DNA of 64,000 bases from an uncultured Thiomicrospira sp. GTDB taxonomy: Bacteria > Pseudomonadota > Gammaproteobacteria > CAKMZV01. The notes beneath the pieces are model-generated. The model worked only from the letters and a program-made list of their open reading frames with translations, was not told where the DNA came from and made no database searches. The stretch covers positions 1,536,001-1,600,000 of the forward strand of contig OZ239628.1 of NCBI GenBank assembly GCA_965195345.1, given 5' to 3'. Shown here piece after piece: positions 57,925-64,000 of the stretch. Each line of letters begins with the position of its first letter. Within the stretch, counting starts at the first letter, position 1. The position numbers were made by a program, and so were the translations under genes.

Positions 57925-58526
57925 TTTACCAAGACCCTTGGTTTATTGCTATCGATAAGCCAGCAAATCTTTTGGCTGTTCCTGCAAAAGATCCAAATCG
58001 GACAAATGCATTAACCAGCATTCAACAATCTTTCCCAGAAGCACGCATTGTGCATCGCCTTGATGAGCCTACCTCGGGTGTTTTATTGTTTGCTTTGAAC
58101 AAACAAAGTCAAAGTGCAATACAAATGCAGTTCCGCCAACGTACCATTCATAAAATTTACGTTGCCATCGTTGCAGGAGTAGTTCACAGTGCGCGTGGAG
58201 ATATTCATTTACCTCTACGTGCCGATTGGCCTAACCGACCAAAACAGATCGTGTGCCATGCTTTGGGAAAACCTGCACATACCCATTGGTACACCCTACG
58301 CAATGACCAATGCTCAACGCGGTTAAAACTTATGCCCAGTACTGGACGAACGCATCAATTGAGACTGCATCTTGCGTCCATTGGTCATCCAATTATTGGC
58401 GACACTCTATACCAACCACATTCCAACAAAACCACCTGCCGATTGCATTTACATGCGCATGAACTTACTTTTCATCATCCTTACATCAATCATGCGATTA
58501 CTCTGAAAACCCAGCTGCCTTTTTAA
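57912..58526 (+). CDS. rluA: RluA-family pseudouridine synthase
   Basis: KPANLLAVP, VHRLDEPTSG, TGRTHQLR.H, GHPIIGD.LY. Confidence 0.9.
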   Translation: MLQLIYQDPWFIAIDKPANLLAVPAKDPNRTNALTSIQQSFPEARIVHRLDEPTSGVLLFALNKQSQSAIQMQFRQRTIHKIYVAIVAGVVHSARGDIHLPLRADWPNRPKQIVCHALGKPAHTHWYTLRNDQCSTRLKLMPSTGRTHQLRLHLASIGHPIIGDTLYQPHSNKTTCRLHLHAHELTFHHPYINHAITLKTQLPF

Positions 58527-58677
58527 CTTCATAGAATCACAAACCCATCAAATCTTTACAAAGCCCGTAACCTCCTCTAAGCAGTTATCGTATAATTTGA
58601 TCAAATTTTCTGGGAAAAATCTATTGTAGATATTCAAATAGAATCTCAAGAATAAAACACCAAACTAAACCACCAAA

Positions 58678-60258
58678 TTGAATTCACTTATAACCGTACT
58701 ATTCATCCTCCGTGTAGCCTTAAAACATGGCGTAGATGAACTCTTTGTAAAAACACCAATCCTCAGGCATTTTAATCTGCTACTGTTGTTTTTTCCATGG
58801 ATCTGCTTTAAAAGAAAAACACAAAAGAAAAGAAGCCGTGGAGAGCGCGTTCGGTTGATGTTGATTGAGTTAGGAACCATATTCATCAAACTTGGACAAA
58901 CATTATCTGCAAGACGCGACTTCATCCCCGACGACATAGCAGATGAATTAAGTCAGTTGCAGGATAACTGCCCACCATTTCCTACAAACATCGCCCGTGA
59001 AATAATCGAAAAACAGCTTGGTCAACCAATTGATAAAGTGTTTAAAAACTTTGACGATCAACCTTTAGCAGCCGCTTCTATTGCTCAAGTTCATCAAGCC
59101 ACCCTACTTACTGGTGAGTCGGTTATTGTCAAAATAGTCCGCCCAGATATCGAATCACGAATTAATAAAAGTGTATGTACGATGCGTCATCTCGCCAACA
59201 TTGCTCAACGACTTATTCCTGCCGCTCAACGCATACGACCCAAAGAAATAGTTGAAGAGTTTGTATATACGCTATGGAACGAAACCAACATGACACGTGA
59301 AGGTTCAAACGCCAGCGTTATTCGGCGAAACTTTACCGGGGATGATACCGTATATACTGCAAAAATCTATTGGAAATTTACCACTGAGAAAATACTCGTA
59401 ATGGAACGAATCGATGGCATCCCAATAACAAACATAAAAGCCCTTGAAGCGGCCGGATTGGATCGAGAACAACTATCAACAAATGGAGTTCTTATTTTCT
59501 TCAAACAGGTTTTTCGTGATAATTTATTCCATGCCGACATGCACCCTGGCAATGTCTTTGTCAGTACAGATGGCAAATACAAAGCCATTGATTTTGGAAT
59601 AGTTGGATCACTCTCAGAAAGAGACAAGCGTTATCTTGCAGAAAACTTTATTGCGTTTTTCAACCAAGACTACCATCGCGTCGCTCAACTTCACATTGAC
59701 TCTGGATGGGTCAACCCTAATACGCGGTGCCAAGATTTAGAAGCCGCTATACGTTCAATTTGTGAACCTATAATGAACCTGCCACTTAGCCAAATTTCGT
59801 TTGGGAAATTTTTATTACAGCTTTTCTCCGTTGCTAGGCAGTTTGACATGGAAGTACAACCTCAATTGGTTCTATTTCAAAAAACCTTATTTAACATTGA
59901 AGGTTTAGGAAGACAACTTTATCCTGATTTAGACTTGTGGGATACAGCAAAACCTTTTCTTGAACAATGGTTGAAAAAACACTATGGCGCACGCTCTCTT
60001 GTAAAAGAATTACGTGCTCATTGGCCTGCAATACGACAAGAGTTACCGACACTCATACGCTCCCGAATTGAATCACCGAAGCCATTAAATGTTCAAAAAG
60101 AAAAAAAGAACTACCTGTTGCCTATTGGAATTCTAATAGCGGGCATTCTCAGCATCAGCCAAGATGCAGGAAACATTACTCCTCTGCTATACAACGCCCT
60201 ACCTCTGTCCAGCGGACTATTTTTATTACTCTCTATCTGGTTATTCTGGAGAAAGTAG
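58678..60258 (+). CDS. ubiB: Ubiquinone biosynthesis kinase-like protein UbiB
   Basis: FIKLGQ.LS.R.D, AASIAQVH.A, FHADMHPGN, DFGIVG, VQPQLVL.QKTL. Confidence 0.95.
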   Translation: MNSLITVLFILRVALKHGVDELFVKTPILRHFNLLLLFFPWICFKRKTQKKRSRGERVRLMLIELGTIFIKLGQTLSARRDFIPDDIADELSQLQDNCPPFPTNIAREIIEKQLGQPIDKVFKNFDDQPLAAASIAQVHQATLLTGESVIVKIVRPDIESRINKSVCTMRHLANIAQRLIPAAQRIRPKEIVEEFVYTLWNETNMTREGSNASVIRRNFTGDDTVYTAKIYWKFTTEKILVMERIDGIPITNIKALEAAGLDREQLSTNGVLIFFKQVFRDNLFHADMHPGNVFVSTDGKYKAIDFGIVGSLSERDKRYLAENFIAFFNQDYHRVAQLHIDSGWVNPNTRCQDLEAAIRSICEPIMNLPLSQISFGKFLLQLFSVARQFDMEVQPQLVLFQKTLFNIEGLGRQLYPDLDLWDTAKPFLEQWLKKHYGARSLVKELRAHWPAIRQELPTLIRSRIESPKPLNVQKEKKNYLLPIGILIAGILSISQDAGNITPLLYNALPLSSGLFLLLSIWLFWRK

Positions 60259-60259
60259 C

Positions 60260-61219
60260 ATGCCCGCTCAATCGCAACCTTCACTTCAGCACTTCCCAAC
60301 ATTCCTTTTCACTAGCTCAATGGGGGTATCCACCTTATCAATCGCTGGATTTACTCTAAACGAATACTATGGACTGCCTTTAGAAATCCCAATATTTATA
60401 CGATTTATTGCAGGCATACTATTTTTTAGCCTGCTCGTTTTACAAATTTTAAAAACCATCAAACACTTTGATACTATAAAAGAAGAAATAAGCGAACCTA
60501 CTCTAGTGTGTTCGTATTCAACTATAGCAATCACAGTGCTTTTGCAAGCCAAATCATGGAGTTTTACCACGTCTGTAGCCCATCAACCACTGTGGTGGAT
60601 TGGCAGTATTCTCATCCTATTGTCTGCCATGCGTGTTTTCACCATTTGGATTTATAACGACACCAAACTAGACAACATATCACCCTTATGGATCATTCCT
60701 ATGGTTGGCAATATGATTGTGGCTCTGCTGGCTAAACAAATAACGAATATTGAAGTTGGTTGGGCATTTTTTAGTATCGGATTGATCCTTTCAATGATGG
60801 TGTTCACTACGGTTGTATTTCGTGTGATTGCCTCAGCGACCTTGCCTGAAAAAATCATGCCGAGTCTTTTCGTATTGATCTCTCCATTAGCCGTTGGCAC
60901 AATTAGTTACATGGAACTCATTGACAAGGTCGACCCTTTTGCACGCATGCTCTTTTACCCTGCGGCGTTTCTATGGTTGTTATTGCTTAGCCAGTACAGG
61001 CGTTTTTCAAAATTACCACATACTCTTACTTCGTGGGCATACATCTTTCCATCTGCTGCTCTTTCTATCGGTGCAATCAATATTGCCTACTACTTAGATT
61101 CTGTATATCACCTATACTTTGCATACGTCGTACTATTGCCTACTAGTATTTTCTCCGTATTCCTGTTAGCATCAACCATCAACCAACTTATCAATGGTAA
61201 AGCACTATCAGCACCATGA
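60260..61219 (+). CDS. TDT/SLAC1-family anion channel (TehA-like)
   Basis: F...MG, ISPLWIIP.VG, WAYIFP, about 10 TM helices; start at ATG 60260. Confidence 0.8.
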   Translation: MPAQSQPSLQHFPTFLFTSSMGVSTLSIAGFTLNEYYGLPLEIPIFIRFIAGILFFSLLVLQILKTIKHFDTIKEEISEPTLVCSYSTIAITVLLQAKSWSFTTSVAHQPLWWIGSILILLSAMRVFTIWIYNDTKLDNISPLWIIPMVGNMIVALLAKQITNIEVGWAFFSIGLILSMMVFTTVVFRVIASATLPEKIMPSLFVLISPLAVGTISYMELIDKVDPFARMLFYPAAFLWLLLLSQYRRFSKLPHTLTSWAYIFPSAALSIGAINIAYYLDSVYHLYFAYVVLLPTSIFSVFLLASTINQLINGKALSAP

Positions 61220-62589
61220 AACATGTACATATTTTAGGCATTTGCGGAACTTTTATGGCGGGCATTGCTTCCATTGCTAAGCAAGCTGGTTGGCGTGTGA
61301 GCGGTTGCGATCAAAATGTTTATCCTCCAATGTCAACTTTACTTGAAAAATTAGACATCGAAGTGATTCAAGGATTTGATTCAAATCAGATAAAATTAAG
61401 ACCTGACGTTTTTTTGATTGGCAATATCGTCTCCAGAGGCAACCCTGTAGCAGAAGCGATTTTAAGAGAAAAACTACCCTATCAAAGCGCCCCTCTTTGG
61501 CTGTATGACAATGTATTAAAAACACGTCACGTCATTGCTGTCAGTGGTACGCATGGTAAAACTTCCACGACCGCTATGCTTGCACACATTCTTGATCAAT
61601 GTCAAAATGATTGTGGCTTTTTAATTGGCGGTGTGGCTGAAAACTTTGGACTATCCGCTCGCATTGGTAGTAGCAACCACTTCGTTATTGAAGCAGATGA
61701 ATATGATACGGCTTTTTTTGATAAGAGCGCAAAGTTCCAGCACTACTATCCGAACACACTCATCATCAATAACTTAGATTTTGATCACGCTGACATCTAC
61801 CCTGACATTCATTCAATTATTCGACAGTTCCATTATTTACTGCGTAAGTTACCCGACAACGCCCTCATCTTATGCGCACACAACAATCCGAATATTGACG
61901 AGGTATTGGCTCAAGGCGTTTGGAGCAACGTAGAGCGTATCAATAGCGATTGGCTTTTTAATCAACAAAACCAACTTTTGTATAAAGGAGAGCGCTTCGA
62001 TGCCTTAGACTGGCAGCTCATTGGACAATGCAACCGATTGAACGCCTTAGCAGCAATCGCCGCAGCCAATCATATAGGCATTGAACCTAACAAAAGTTTA
62101 CACGCACTACAAAGTTTTCAGCATGTCAAACGTCGACAACAGCTTCGTGGAGAAGTTCATGGAATTAGCGTTTACGATGATTTTGCCCACCACCCGTCAG
62201 AAATTCAAGCAACCTTATCAGCATTTAAAGAAGAGCACGCAAAAAGGAATACTTATTCAGTTGGCACAACCGCATCAAAAAAACATGAAACACATGGGAA
62301 AATATGGGCTGTTTTTGAACCCGCGTCAAATTCAATGCGCCAAGGTGTGCATACCGCTCAACTTGCTTTATCCTTTAAAGATGCCGATGAAATTATTTTC
62401 TTTGATAATCAAAGATTAGAGTGGGATTTAAATGCATTAGAAATCCCAAATAAATTAGTATTTGATGACCTGTACCAAATGATTCAACATATTAAAAAAG
62501 GCGCTACTACAGGGGATTCAATCATCGGGATGAGTAACGGAAATTTTAGCAACTTCCACAATTTAATGCTTGAACAGCTTGATACTTGA
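61216..62589 (+). CDS. mpl: Murein peptide ligase
   Basis: HILGICGTFMAG, YPPMST, GTHGKTST, EADEYDTAFFDK, DDFAHHP. Confidence 0.96.
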   Translation: MKHVHILGICGTFMAGIASIAKQAGWRVSGCDQNVYPPMSTLLEKLDIEVIQGFDSNQIKLRPDVFLIGNIVSRGNPVAEAILREKLPYQSAPLWLYDNVLKTRHVIAVSGTHGKTSTTAMLAHILDQCQNDCGFLIGGVAENFGLSARIGSSNHFVIEADEYDTAFFDKSAKFQHYYPNTLIINNLDFDHADIYPDIHSIIRQFHYLLRKLPDNALILCAHNNPNIDEVLAQGVWSNVERINSDWLFNQQNQLLYKGERFDALDWQLIGQCNRLNALAAIAAANHIGIEPNKSLHALQSFQHVKRRQQLRGEVHGISVYDDFAHHPSEIQATLSAFKEEHAKRNTYSVGTTASKKHETHGKIWAVFEPASNSMRQGVHTAQLALSFKDADEIIFFDNQRLEWDLNALEIPNKLVFDDLYQMIQHIKKGATTGDSIIGMSNGNFSNFHNLMLEQLDT

Positions 62590-62763
62590 TGCTTATGGTT
62601 TAAAACGCATCGTGAGAAACTGATCACACTGGCAAGTGGGCGCATTGATAAACGCATAAATAAGGATAAAAAATGCACTGGAATGCACACTCTCCTCCGC
62701 AACCTCTAATGCAAAAGTTGCATCAACCAATCATTTCTTCAACAGCACTTAAGAGTCGAATTT

Positions 62764-63258
62764 TTAGAATGGAATGTCGTCATCAAAATTTGATTCCGTT
62801 GAAGGAGGTTCTGATGGAGAAAATGGCTGCTGTGGCGCACTTTGCACTGCAGGTTGATTCTGATTACTCTGGTTATGGCTCTGATTAACGTTGTATTGCT
62901 GATTATTCTGTTTGTAGCCACCTCCTTGAGAGTCAAGCAACTGCATATTATCAGCCACAGTCTCGGTAGTGTAACGATCACCACCATCTTGCGCTTGCCA
63001 TTTGCGGGTTTGTAACCGCCCTTCAACATACAACTTTGATCCTTTTCGCGCATACTCACAAACAACTTCCGCTAACCGTCCAAAAAACACAACTCGATGC
63101 CACTCCGTTCGCTCTTGCGTTTCTCCAGTATTTTTGTCTTTCCAACGTTCGCTCGTTGCTATGCTAACGGATGCAATAGCGTTGCCATTGTTTGCAGTCC
63201 GTCGTTCTGGATCTGCTCCTAAATTACCTACTAAAATCACTTTATTCACACCGCGCAT
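62764..63258 (-). CDS. ssb: Single-stranded DNA-binding protein
   Basis: [25 protein letters not shown]-terminal DDDIPF. Confidence 0.98.
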   Translation of the reverse strand: MRGVNKVILVGNLGADPERRTANNGNAIASVSIATSERWKDKNTGETQERTEWHRVVFFGRLAEVVCEYARKGSKLYVEGRLQTRKWQAQDGGDRYTTETVADNMQLLDSQGGGYKQNNQQYNVNQSHNQSNQNQPAVQSAPQQPFSPSEPPSTESNFDDDIPF

Positions 63259-63812
63259 GTGGTCTTCTCCTTTCCTAATAAGCCAAATAATAAAAAATGG
63301 AACAAGCACAACCTTCCATAGTACCTAACCATTTGTTTTTGCTGAAAACTTTCACTTCAAGTATTATATGATTATCCAATACAATCAATGCAATAAACGA
63401 GCGCTGAACTGTACCATATTTCAAATGAACATAAAGGGCAATTCTCTATGTAACAAGATGGGTCAAAAATGAATGCTTTGAACAAATTATAAGCGTATTC
63501 AATTCATCGAAACAGGCTAATTCACGCACCTATAACTTTAGGGAGATTTCAAAAACAAAACCACTTTGCGATTATGCATATTGAGAACAGCCTCACTAAT
63601 CCTTGTCTTACTAAGCCACTGGCGTAGCGCAAGCAAATTAACATCAAAGATTGTCCGACTGTACGATTTCACATAAATGTATAATCCCAATAGAAATCAT
63701 CAATGGCAAAAAGTACGCCTTTTGAACAAAACCAAATCGAAGAAAAAAGAAAGAAAATCTATTAGATAAACAAACCCATTTTTTTGCGAACCGTTAGCAT
63801 GGATTCTTTTGA

Positions 63813-63886
63813 TGGAGGCTGGGAACGGAATCGAACCGATGTCTATGGATTTGCAATCCACTGTATAACCACTCTACCACCCAGCC
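63813..63886 (-). tRNA. tRNA-Cys(GCA)
   Basis: Minus strand GGCTGGG...GTGGA-TTGCAAA-TCCAT...GGTTCGATTCC...CCCAGCCTCCA. Confidence 0.95.
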
Positions 63887-64000
63887 TAAATAACAACATC
63901 CAATCTATATATTGCGCAAAACACGCCTTGACCCTTTAACGCTGTAAAAAACGCTACAGACACAAATTTAAACGCCAACATTTTACCTTATTTCCAACCC

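Noticed and set aside
60164-60259. Longer start for the TDT transporter
   Set aside because: Overlaps the ubiB 3' end by about 95 nt; ATG 60260 follows the ubiB stop with GGAG upstream

Overview
AT-rich, densely packed gammaproteobacterial chromosome window. Most of it is housekeeping genes in a shuffled order: recN 3' end, a CaiD-like hydratase with an ADP-forming CoA ligase, mreBCD-mrdA-rodA-mltB, a long minus-strand run from ilvA through clpSA, cysM, tolC, htpX, yidD, tRNA-Pro and thrC to prfB, then gatCAB, dacA-dat-ybeD-lolA, mutS, msrPQ, pyrG-kdsA-eno-ftsB, manC, rplY-pth-ychF, ubiB, mpl, ssb and three tRNAs in total. An accessory region of about 11 kb lies between tRNA-Leu(TAA) and mutS. 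It holds a large secreted CxxCH protein with cytochrome P460-like motifs, decayed IS3 and RHS remnants, and an apparently intact type II-C CRISPR-Cas system (tracrRNA, about 1045-aa Cas9, cas1, cas2, 41 repeats of 37 nt). The most notable oddities are a 194-nt oversize terminal spacer, an in-frame tandem duplication inside Cas9, an imperfect tracr lower stem, a base bias at the PAM-proximal spacer end, a prfB without the programmed frameshift and a 2H phosphoesterase homolog lacking its catalytic histidines. All family calls come from motif recognition by eye; no database searches were run.
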